DNA of 64,000 nucleotides from an uncultured Bacillota bacterium (lineage in GTDB: Bacteria; Bacillota; Clostridia; Oscillospirales; Oscillospiraceae). Of this stretch, positions 56,367-64,000 are shown piece after piece. The notes beneath the pieces are model-generated. The model was not told the origin of the DNA. It saw only the letters and a program-made list of their open reading frames with translations, and made no database searches. The position numbers were made by a program, and so were the translations under genes. Position 1 is the first letter of the stretch; the number at the start of each line of letters is the position of its first letter. Where the stretch lies: positions 2,055-66,054 of the forward strand of contig CANSSJ010000003.1 of NCBI GenBank assembly GCA_947649625.1, in the 5' to 3' direction.

Positions 56367-57619
56367 ACCTCCACTCCTCTCCGTCTGCCTTTTGGGCCGT
56401 CTCTCTGGCCCGGCCTCATGGGGCTGCCCTGGTACTGGCCCAGCCGGGGGGTGGCGGCCCAGCGGTCCGGGCCCTGCTCCGGAAGCGCCTGCCCCATCAC
56501 GGGAACGGCATCCTCCCCCAGGGACTGGGCCCGCACCGTATCCCGGCGGAACTGATAATCCGCCGTCACAAAGCTGTCATAGATCGAGTTCCAGGTGCGC
56601 TCCTCCACCACCCCGTCGGGGGTGAGGCCCGCCCACACCTGATAGGTGCGCACCGCCCGGTCGGTGACCGGGCCGAAGTCGCCGTCAATGGCGGGGGCCT
56701 GCAGCGTGTCGGAAAACTGGGCCAGCATGGAGAGCATATATTGCAGCACCTCCACCTCCGGCCCGGAGTCCCCCTGGGCCAGCACCCCGGGGAACTGGAA
56801 CTGGAAGGCGTAGAAGGTCTGCCCCTGGCTCACCAGCTCGGCCAGCTGCCGCACCCCCACATAGAGGTATACCAGCTTATACCAGGTGGCCTTGCCCACG
56901 ATGCCGTCCTGGGCCAGGCTGAAGATGCGCTGGAAGGTGCGCACGGCGGACTCGGTCTCCGCTCCGAAGGCGCCGGTGGCCGGCACCTTGGGGATGGCGG
57001 GGTAGTTTTGGGAGATACGGTTCAGCATGGCCTGCACCACCGATACCTCCGGCCCCGCCGACCCCAGGCGCAGCGGAGTCCCGGGATAGGAGGTAATCAG
57101 GTCCTGAATGGGGGCGTCCACCACCAGCTCGATGTCGTCCCCGTAGTAGTAGCGGAGGATCTCCATGGAGTTCAGGCCGTCCTGGGCCAGCTCCTGGCTG
57201 CCCCACTGGGACAGGCCGTCGCAGGTGGAGGTAGTGCCGTTGCAGAACTTGGCGGCCAGGGGCTCCACAAAGCCCTGGCGGCGGATATAGTCGTTGAAGA
57301 TCTCGTCCACCAGCTGGCTGATATTTTCAAAGATGTTCCGTCCCGGAATAAATTTCTGGTCGTACTGGGTGGTGGAGGTGATCTGAAAGTCGTAGCCCTG
57401 ACTGGGGTAGAACTCGGTGTACACCCGGTTCAGGGCGAAGGAGATGATGGCCAGCACGTTGGCCCGGATGGCGGCGGGCTCCCAGGTGGGGTAAATCTCG
57501 CTGGAGGCCACGTTCTTCACGTAGTCGGGAAAGGTGACCGTCACATTTTCCGCCCACTGGCTGGGCAGGCCCAGATGCACGGTGATGGTGCGGGGGACAT
57601 ATGGAATGATAACTGGCAT
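56363..57619 (-). CDS. sleC: Spore cortex-lytic enzyme SleC-like (SpoIID/LytB domain plus two PG-binding domains), no pro-region
   Basis: ITVHLG, YVKNVASSEIYPTW, NRVYTEFY, FCNGTTSTCDGLSQWGS. Confidence 0.85.
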   Translation of the reverse strand: MPVIIPYVPRTITVHLGLPSQWAENVTVTFPDYVKNVASSEIYPTWEPAAIRANVLAIISFALNRVYTEFYPSQGYDFQITSTTQYDQKFIPGRNIFENISQLVDEIFNDYIRRQGFVEPLAAKFCNGTTSTCDGLSQWGSQELAQDGLNSMEILRYYYGDDIELVVDAPIQDLITSYPGTPLRLGSAGPEVSVVQAMLNRISQNYPAIPKVPATGAFGAETESAVRTFQRIFSLAQDGIVGKATWYKLVYLYVGVRQLAELVSQGQTFYAFQFQFPGVLAQGDSGPEVEVLQYMLSMLAQFSDTLQAPAIDGDFGPVTDRAVRTYQVWAGLTPDGVVEERTWNSIYDSFVTADYQFRRDTVRAQSLGEDAVPVMGQALPEQGPDRWAATPRLGQYQGSPMRPGQRDGPKGRRRGVEV

Positions 57620-57629
57620 GGCGCTCCCC

Positions 57630-58031
57630 TCACAGGTTCTGGGCTGGGATATCCCGCTCGTCCCGCTGCTGCAGGCTGCAAAGCCCCTGAGGCAGAGGGA
57701 TCAGCTCCATATCCTGCATGGTCTCCACCCCGGGGAAAATCTGCACGCCGTTTACCCGGAGCATGGCGTAGCCCGGCTGTTCGGCCCACACGTCGCACAG
57801 GGCGAAGGGCAGGCCGGGACCGGGCAGGCCGCCGGGAGAGGTGCTCTCCGCCGGGACGGGGGCGTCGATGGTCACCGGGCGAATCAGCCCGCTGCTGTCG
57901 GTGTTCTGTATGGAGAGCAGCTTCCACTTGCCCTCCTCCCCCGGCGCGGCCACCACCACCGTGGCTCCCTCCAGGGGAATCTGCGCCCGGGAGGTGAACA
58001 CCCGGACACTTAAGGTTCCTGTTGCTTGCAT
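57630..58031 (-). CDS. SleC pro-region-like beta-sandwich protein encoded as a separate gene
   Basis: GTLSVRV..S..IPLEGATV, TDSSG, NGVQIFPG. Confidence 0.65.
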   Translation of the reverse strand: MQATGTLSVRVFTSRAQIPLEGATVVVAAPGEEGKWKLLSIQNTDSSGLIRPVTIDAPVPAESTSPGGLPGPGLPFALCDVWAEQPGYAMLRVNGVQIFPGVETMQDMELIPLPQGLCSLQQRDERDIPAQNL

Positions 58032-58082
58032 AGTTAAAGTACCTCCTGCGGCAGACTCCTCCGGGAGTCTGCCGTCCGCTCT

Positions 58083-58109
58083 ATCCTATGCGGGGCAGGT
58101 CTTCCCCGT
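58083..58109 (-). promoter_or_regulatory. sigmaK-like promoter AC-N17-CATAGGAT of the sleC locus
   Basis: Consensus match; 11-bp hairpin (58049-58074) just before the RBS. Confidence 0.5.
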
Positions 58110-58177
58110 CCCCCTTGCAATCCCTGCACATTTATAGTACAATAAAGCGATATTGGCAAAAGAAGGTGAGCGTATCC

Positions 58178-59554
58178 ATGAGCATGACGGCCGTGAAGTC
58201 GGTGGAGCCCCGCAGTCCCGCCCGCCGGGCAGGGGTCCGGGCGGGGGATACCCTTACCCACATCAACGGCCATCCAATCGTGGACGTGCTGGACTACAAA
58301 TTTTACAGCTACGACCCCCGGCTGGAACTGACTCTGCGCGCGGCGGACGGGACATCCCGCACCCTGCGCGTCCGGAAGTCCGAGGGGGAGGATCTGGGGC
58401 TGGAATTTGAGACCTACCTGATGGATCGGGCCCGGTCCTGCGCCAACCGGTGCATCTTCTGCTTTGTGGATCAGATGCCCCCCGGGATGCGGCCCTCCCT
58501 CTACTTCAAGGACGACGACGCCCGGCTCAGCTTCCTGCTGGGCAACTACCTCACCCTGACCAACCTCTCCCCCCGGGAGGTGCAGCGGATCATCGACCTG
58601 CGCATCTCCCCCATCAATATCTCCGTCCACACCACCGACCGGGCGCTGCGGGCCGAGATGCTGAAAAATCCCCGGGCCGGGGAGGGCATCGACATCATGG
58701 AGCGGTTCGCTCAAAACCGCATCACCATGAACTGCCAGATCGTCTCCTGCCCCGGCGTCAACGACGGTCCAGCCCTGGACAAAACCCTGAACGACCTGGC
58801 TGCGATGTTTCCCTCTGTCAACAGTGTATCGGTGGTGCCGGTGGGGGTGACCAAATACCGGGAGGGGCTGTATCCCCTCAAAACCTATACCCAGGAGACC
58901 GCCTCCGCCCTCATCGACCAGGTGGAGGCTTTCGCCGCCCGGCATTTGGAGGAGCATGGAACAAGGCTGGTCTGGTGCTCCGACGAGTTCTATCTGCTGG
59001 CCGGCCGGGAGCTGCCCGGCGAGGACTATTTTGAGGACTTCACCCAGCTGGACAACGGGGTAGGGATGCTCACCCTCCTGATGAAGGAGTTCGGCCGGGC
59101 CCTGGACCTGATGGAGCCCGGGGATCTGGCGGGAGCCGTCCCCTTCTCCATTGCCACCGGCGTTTCCGCCGCCCCGTTTTTGGCAAAATTGGTGGGACAG
59201 GCCCGTGAAAAATGTGGTACAATAGAGGGTAAGGTCTATGCCATTGTCAACCGCTTCTTCGGGGAGACCATCACCGTGGCCGGGCTGGTCACCGGGGGCG
59301 ACCTGATCGACCAGCTCCGGGGGAAGGAGCTGGGACAGCGCCTGCTCATCCCCGCCTCCATGCTCCGGTCGGGGGAAAACGTCTTTCTGGACGACGTGAC
59401 CACCGATGACGTGGAGCGGGAGCTGGGCGTGCCCGTGGTCCCCGTCCCCCAGGACGGCTACGAGCTGCTGGACGCCATCTGTGGCATTGCGCTCACCCCC
59501 GAGACCCAGCGCCTAGCCTGGGAGAATGAGGAATTTTACCGGTATAATCCGTAA
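58178..59554 (+). CDS. PDZ + radical SAM + DUF512 protein
   Basis: CANRCIFC, YFKDDDARLSF, QLDNGVG; promoter TTGCAA-N17-TACAAT at 58115-58143. Confidence 0.88.
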   Translation: MSMTAVKSVEPRSPARRAGVRAGDTLTHINGHPIVDVLDYKFYSYDPRLELTLRAADGTSRTLRVRKSEGEDLGLEFETYLMDRARSCANRCIFCFVDQMPPGMRPSLYFKDDDARLSFLLGNYLTLTNLSPREVQRIIDLRISPINISVHTTDRALRAEMLKNPRAGEGIDIMERFAQNRITMNCQIVSCPGVNDGPALDKTLNDLAAMFPSVNSVSVVPVGVTKYREGLYPLKTYTQETASALIDQVEAFAARHLEEHGTRLVWCSDEFYLLAGRELPGEDYFEDFTQLDNGVGMLTLLMKEFGRALDLMEPGDLAGAVPFSIATGVSAAPFLAKLVGQAREKCGTIEGKVYAIVNRFFGETITVAGLVTGGDLIDQLRGKELGQRLLIPASMLRSGENVFLDDVTTDDVERELGVPVVPVPQDGYELLDAICGIALTPETQRLAWENEEFYRYNP

Positions 59555-59568
59555 AGGAAGTGAGACCT

Positions 59569-60894
59569 ATGAAACCCTTAGTCGCCATTGTGGGCCGGCC
59601 CAACGTGGGCAAGTCCATGCTGTTCAACAAGCTGTGCGGGCAGCGGCTGTCCATTGTTGAGGACACCCCCGGCGTCACCCGGGACCGGCTGTACGCCCAG
59701 TGTGAGTGGCGCAACCGGGTCTTCGACATCGTGGACACCGGCGGCATCGAGCCGGGCACCGACGACCAAATTTTGTCCTTTATGCGGGAGCAGGCGGAAA
59801 TCGCCATTGGGACCGCTACCGTGATTGTCTTTGTCTGCGACATCAAAACGGGCGTGACCGCCTCCGACCAGGAGGTGGCCAACATGCTGCTGCGCTCCGG
59901 CAAGCCGGTGGTGCTGGCGGTGAACAAGGCCGACCAGACCGGCCGGGAGAACCCGGACATCTACGAGTTCTACAACCTGGGTCTGGGGGACCCCATCGCC
60001 GTCTCCGCCGTCCACGGCCACGGCACCGGCGACCTCCTCGATGCCTGCTTTGAGTACTTCCCCCCCGAAGACGAGGAGGAAGAGGAAGACGACGTCATCA
60101 AGGTGGCCGTCATCGGCAAGCCCAACGTGGGCAAGTCCTCCCTGGTAAACCGGATTCTGGGGGAGGAGCGGGTCATCGTCTCCAACGTGGCCGGCACCAC
60201 CCGGGACGCGGTGGACAGCTTCTTCGAGAACGACAAGGGCAAGTTCCTGTTCATCGACACCGCCGGGATGCGGAAGAAGTCCAAGGTGGACGACCGCATT
60301 GAGAAGTTCTCCGTCCTCCGGGCCACCATGGCCATTGAGCGCAGCGACGTGTGCCTCATCATGATTGACGCCCAGGAGGGGGTCACGGAACAGGACACGA
60401 AAGTGGCCGGGCTGGCCCACGAGGCGGGCAAGGCCTGCATCATCGTGGTCAACAAGTGGGACGCCATCGAGAAGGACGGCAAGACCATGGATAAAATGCG
60501 TCAGGACGTGATGCGGGACCTGTCCTACATGACCTACGCCCCCATTGTGTTCATCTCCGCCCTCACGGGCCAGCGGGTGGACCGGCTGTTTGAGCTCATC
60601 AACTACGTGAACAACCAGGCCGCCATGCGGATTACCACCGGGATGCTCAACTCCCTGCTGGCCGACGCCACCGCCAGGGTCCAGCCCCCCACCGACAAGG
60701 GCCGGCGGCTGAAGGTCTACTATATGACCCAGGTGGGGGTCAAGCCCCCCCACTTCGTCTGCTTCTGCAACGACGCCCGGCTGTTCCACTTCTCCTACCA
60801 GCGGTATCTTGAGAACCAGATCCGCTCCACCTTCGGCCTGGAGGGCACCCCCGTCCGCCTCACCGTCCGGGAGCGGGGCGAGAAGGAGGGGTAG
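59569..60894 (+). CDS. der: Ribosome biogenesis GTPase Der/EngA
   Basis: Two GTPase domains GRPNVGKS and GKPNVGKS; DTGG, DTAG. Confidence 0.97.
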   Translation: MKPLVAIVGRPNVGKSMLFNKLCGQRLSIVEDTPGVTRDRLYAQCEWRNRVFDIVDTGGIEPGTDDQILSFMREQAEIAIGTATVIVFVCDIKTGVTASDQEVANMLLRSGKPVVLAVNKADQTGRENPDIYEFYNLGLGDPIAVSAVHGHGTGDLLDACFEYFPPEDEEEEEDDVIKVAVIGKPNVGKSSLVNRILGEERVIVSNVAGTTRDAVDSFFENDKGKFLFIDTAGMRKKSKVDDRIEKFSVLRATMAIERSDVCLIMIDAQEGVTEQDTKVAGLAHEAGKACIIVVNKWDAIEKDGKTMDKMRQDVMRDLSYMTYAPIVFISALTGQRVDRLFELINYVNNQAAMRITTGMLNSLLADATARVQPPTDKGRRLKVYYMTQVGVKPPHFVCFCNDARLFHFSYQRYLENQIRSTFGLEGTPVRLTVRERGEKEG

Positions 60895-60896
60895 AT

Positions 60897-61595
60897 ATGT
60901 ATGATAAGCTGACAGAGCTTTTTCGTCCCGTTTATGCCTTTATCATGGCGGTCAGCGCGGCGTATCTTCTCTGGATTATGGCGTTGATCGCCGTTCCCGC
61001 CTACCTTCTGGGCTGTTTCAACGGAGCGGTGATCGTCTCCAAATATATCCTCCGGGACGACATCCGCACCCACGGCAGCGGAAACGCCGGGCTGACCAAC
61101 TTCTACCGCACCTTTGGCGGGCCCTTGACGCTGGGCGTCATCCTGTGCGATGTAATTAAGGCGGTCCTGTCCATTCTGATCGGCGTGCTGATTGTCTCTA
61201 TGACCATTGGCAGCAATGGGATGTACGGCGCATACGCAAAATACTGGGCCGGCCTGTGGTGCCTGCTGGGCCATATGTTCCCCTGCATGTTCCACTTCAA
61301 GGGCGGCAAGGGGATTCTGTCCGGCGGGACCATCGCCATCATGATCGACTGGCGGATCGCCCTCGTCGTCTGGGGCGGGTTTATCCTGCTGGCGGTGTTG
61401 ACCCGGTACGTCTCCCTGGGTTCCTGCTGGGCGGGGGCGTCCTTCCCCTTCGCCACCTGGTTTGTCTACCAGGACGTGATTCTCCTGGTCTTGTCCATCG
61501 TCATCGGCGGGCTCATCCTCTACATGCACCGGGGGAATATTAAACGGCTGTTGACCGGGACGGAGAGTAAATTTAGCCTGCATAAGAAGGCGTAG
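60897..61595 (+). CDS. plsY: Glycerol-3-phosphate acyltransferase
   Basis: HGSGNAGLTN, GHMFP, FKGGKG, HRGNI. Confidence 0.94.
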   Translation: MYDKLTELFRPVYAFIMAVSAAYLLWIMALIAVPAYLLGCFNGAVIVSKYILRDDIRTHGSGNAGLTNFYRTFGGPLTLGVILCDVIKAVLSILIGVLIVSMTIGSNGMYGAYAKYWAGLWCLLGHMFPCMFHFKGGKGILSGGTIAIMIDWRIALVVWGGFILLAVLTRYVSLGSCWAGASFPFATWFVYQDVILLVLSIVIGGLILYMHRGNIKRLLTGTESKFSLHKKA

Positions 61596-61657
61596 GGGCG
61601 CACATTGTGCGCCCGCATAGTCTGTCTTTATTTCGGGCGCACAATGTGCGCCCCTAC
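61592..61657. repeat. Perfect inverted pair of 24-bp GTAG REPs
   Basis: GTAGGGGCGCACATTGTGCGCCCG ... CGGGCGCACAATGTGCGCCCCTAC. Confidence 0.9.
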
Positions 61658-61680
61658 AAAATGATTTGGGAGGTAATGTA

Positions 61681-62682
61681 ATGAAAATCACAGTCCTTGG
61701 CAGCGGCGCGTGGGGGACGGCCCTGGCGCTCCTGCTGCTGGAAAACGGCAACGACGTGACCCTGTGGTCCTACACTGAGGATGAGTCCAAGGTCCTGCGG
61801 GAGACCCGGGAGAACCCCATGTTGAAGGGAGTTCCCCTGCCCGATGGGCTGAAGCTCACCACCGACATGGCCGCCGTGAAGGGCTGCGGCCTGGTGGTGG
61901 TGGCAACGCCGTCCTTTGCGGTGCGGTCCACCGCAAGGCAGCTCAAGGAGCTGGCCGATCCGGGCACCATCCTGGTCTCCGTTTCCAAGGGCATCGAGAA
62001 GGACTCCTCCCTGCGGCTGAGTCAGGTCATCGAGGAGGAGGTTCAGGGCAAGTGTCCGGTGGTGGTGCTGTCCGGGCCCTCCCACGCCGAGGAGGTGGGC
62101 CGGAACATCCCCACGGGGGTAGTGGTGGCCTCCGAAAACCCGGAGATCGCCGAGAAGGTCCAGGACCTGTTTATGAACCACCGGTTCCGGGTGTACACCA
62201 GCGACGACAAGGTGGGCACTGAAATCTGCGCCGCTCTGAAAAACATCATCGCCCTGTGCGCCGGCTGCTGCGACGGCATGGGCTGCGGGGACAACACCAA
62301 AGCCTTGCTCATGACCCGGGGGCTGGCGGAGATGGCCCGGCTGGGGGTGGCCCTGGGGGGCCGGAAAGACACTTTTACAGGCCTTGCAGGCGTGGGCGAC
62401 CTGATCGTCACCTGCTGCTCCATGCACTCCCGGAACCGCCGCTGCGGCATCCTCATCGGCCAGGGCGTGCCGGTGGACGAGGCCAGAAAACAGATCGGTG
62501 CGGTGGTGGAGGGCTACTACGCCGCCGCCAACGCCCGCACCCTGGCCCAAAAGGCGGGGGTGGAGATGCCCATTGCCCAGGCGGCCTACGAGGTGCTCTA
62601 CCAGGGCCGGGACGTCCATACCGTCGTAGAAAACCTGATGCAGCGGGCCAAGCGGTCCGAGCGGGATGAGAGCTATCTATGA
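61681..62682 (+). CDS. gpsA: NAD(P)H-dependent glycerol-3-phosphate dehydrogenase
   Basis: GSGAWGTA, SKGIE, GPSHAEEV, ALKN, GDLIVTC, SRNR. Confidence 0.96.
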   Translation: MKITVLGSGAWGTALALLLLENGNDVTLWSYTEDESKVLRETRENPMLKGVPLPDGLKLTTDMAAVKGCGLVVVATPSFAVRSTARQLKELADPGTILVSVSKGIEKDSSLRLSQVIEEEVQGKCPVVVLSGPSHAEEVGRNIPTGVVVASENPEIAEKVQDLFMNHRFRVYTSDDKVGTEICAALKNIIALCAGCCDGMGCGDNTKALLMTRGLAEMARLGVALGGRKDTFTGLAGVGDLIVTCCSMHSRNRRCGILIGQGVPVDEARKQIGAVVEGYYAAANARTLAQKAGVEMPIAQAAYEVLYQGRDVHTVVENLMQRAKRSERDESYL

Positions 62683-63866
62683 CGGAAAAACTCTATGAAC
62701 AGGACGCCTTCCTCGTCAAATTTGAGGCAAAAGTAATTTCCTGTGAGAAGGGCAAAAAGGGCTTCGACATTGTTCTGGACCGCACCGCTTTCTACCCCGA
62801 GGGGGGCGGCCAGCCCTGGGATACCGGGCGGCTGGAGGCAGACGGGAACCGGGTCAAGGTGCTTGAAGTCCACAGCCGGGACGGCGAGGTGGTCCACATT
62901 TGCAACCACCCCCTGGAGGAGGGTACAGCCGTCACCGGCGTGATCGACTGGGACCGGCGGTTCGACCTGATGCAGCAGCACTCGGGGGAGCACATCGTTT
63001 CCGGCCTGGCCCATTACCTGTGGGGCTGTGAGAACGTGGGCTTCCACCTGGGGGCGGAGGTGGTCACCATCGACTTAGACCGCCCCCTCACCCAGGAGCA
63101 GTTTGTCACCCTGGAGAAGACCGCCAACTGGCACCTCTGGCAAATCAATTCACCGGTGGAGATCACCTACCCCTCCCCAGAGGAGCTGGAACACATCCAC
63201 TACCGGAGCAAAAAGGCGCTCACCGGACAGGTGCGCATTGTGGAGTTCCCCGGGGCGGACTGCTGCGCCTGCTGCGGCACCCATGTGAAATCACCTGCCC
63301 AGGTGGGGCTGGTGAAGCTGTTGTCCATGCAGAAGTTCCGGGAGGGGGTGCGCATCGAGCTGGTGTGCGGCGACCGGGCTTTCCGGTATCTCAGCCGGGC
63401 GTTGGAGCAAAACGCCCAGGTATCCCACCTGCTGTCCGCCAAGGTCTTTGAGACAGGGGCAGCGGTGGAGCGGCTTTTAGCGGAGAACGAGTCCCTGAAA
63501 TCCCGGCTCATGTCCCTGGAGGAGGCCCGTTTTGCCGCCCTGGCCGCACAGTACACCGGGGCCGGGGATGTGGTCCTCTTTGAGGACGGCCTGTCCCCCG
63601 ACGGACTGCGCCGGCTGTGCGGGGCGGTGCTCCACAGCTGCGGCGGCCGGTGCGCCTGCTTCTCCGGAGACGACGACTCCGGGTACAAATACGCCGCCGG
63701 CCAGCTGGACGGCGACCTGCGGAGCTTTGTCAAGGAGCTGAATCTGGCTCTGAATGGCCGGGGAGGCGGCAAGCCGGATTTCGTCCAGGGTTCCGTCCAG
63801 GCGTCCCGGCAGGAAATCGAGGCCTTCTTTCAACGCATCTTCAGCGAAGGGGTGTATCTGCTGTGA
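62679..63866 (+). CDS. AlaX-type alanyl-tRNA editing protein with C-terminal DHHA1 domain
   Basis: FYPEGGGQPWD, QQHSGEH, CCGTHV, GRGGGKP..VQG. Confidence 0.85.
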   Translation: MTEKLYEQDAFLVKFEAKVISCEKGKKGFDIVLDRTAFYPEGGGQPWDTGRLEADGNRVKVLEVHSRDGEVVHICNHPLEEGTAVTGVIDWDRRFDLMQQHSGEHIVSGLAHYLWGCENVGFHLGAEVVTIDLDRPLTQEQFVTLEKTANWHLWQINSPVEITYPSPEELEHIHYRSKKALTGQVRIVEFPGADCCACCGTHVKSPAQVGLVKLLSMQKFREGVRIELVCGDRAFRYLSRALEQNAQVSHLLSAKVFETGAAVERLLAENESLKSRLMSLEEARFAALAAQYTGAGDVVLFEDGLSPDGLRRLCGAVLHSCGGRCACFSGDDDSGYKYAAGQLDGDLRSFVKELNLALNGRGGGKPDFVQGSVQASRQEIEAFFQRIFSEGVYLL

Positions 63867-64000
63867 ACCGCATTTTCTGTCTGGTGGGCAAAAGCTGCTC
63901 CGGAAAGGACACCCTCTATACCCATATTTTAGAGCGCCACCCGGAACTGTTTCCGGTTATTCCCCACACCACCCGCCCCCGGCGGACGGGGGAGGCGGAC
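63863..64000 (+). CDS. Guanylate kinase-like protein (truncated by window end)
   Basis: MNRIFCLVGKSCSGKDT P-loop and HTTRPRR.GE; GTGA overlap. Confidence 0.75.
   Translation, partial: MNRIFCLVGKSCSGKDTLYTHILERHPELFPVIPHTTRPRRTGEAD

Noticed and set aside
1-64000. rRNA, tRNA, IS/transposase or cas genes
   Set aside because: None recognised; intergenic space is accounted for by promoters, terminators and short repeats

Overview
A 64-kb, visibly GC-rich chromosomal segment from a spore-forming clostridial bacterium. Gene content and style suggest Oscillospiraceae (Flavonifractor/Lawsonibacter/Oscillibacter-like); this is an inference. It is mostly housekeeping: trkAH, udp, a MATE pump, potAB plus a fused potC-potD, msmX, nagBA, xth, metF, a perR-reverse rubrerythrin-rubredoxin operon, a cadC/HMA/methyltransferase/cadA metal operon, dprA-topA-trmFO-plsX, glnA/dapF/lysA, a cid/lrg operon, a reduced dcw cluster (mraZ to ftsZ), udg, a three-gene sleC locus, and DUF512-der-plsY-gpsA-alaX-gmk-like. 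I saw no rRNA, tRNA, CRISPR array, integrase or transposase. The most interesting signals are small-scale. (1) GTAG-tagged 24-27 bp REP palindromes occur in inverted pairs, and their GTAG tag supplies the TAG stop codon of five genes. (2) A second family of modular repeats is built from C-GNA-G mini-hairpins and shows nested insertions. (3) A small XRE regulator module with twin operators sits upstream of plsX, and plsX is coupled to an orphan Imm49-like immunity gene. (4) There is an unannotated two-peptide transcript at the left end. (5) Sporulation-sigma-like promoters lie inside the dcw cluster and in front of small or split spore genes. All protein calls come from motif recognition by eye; no database searches were run.
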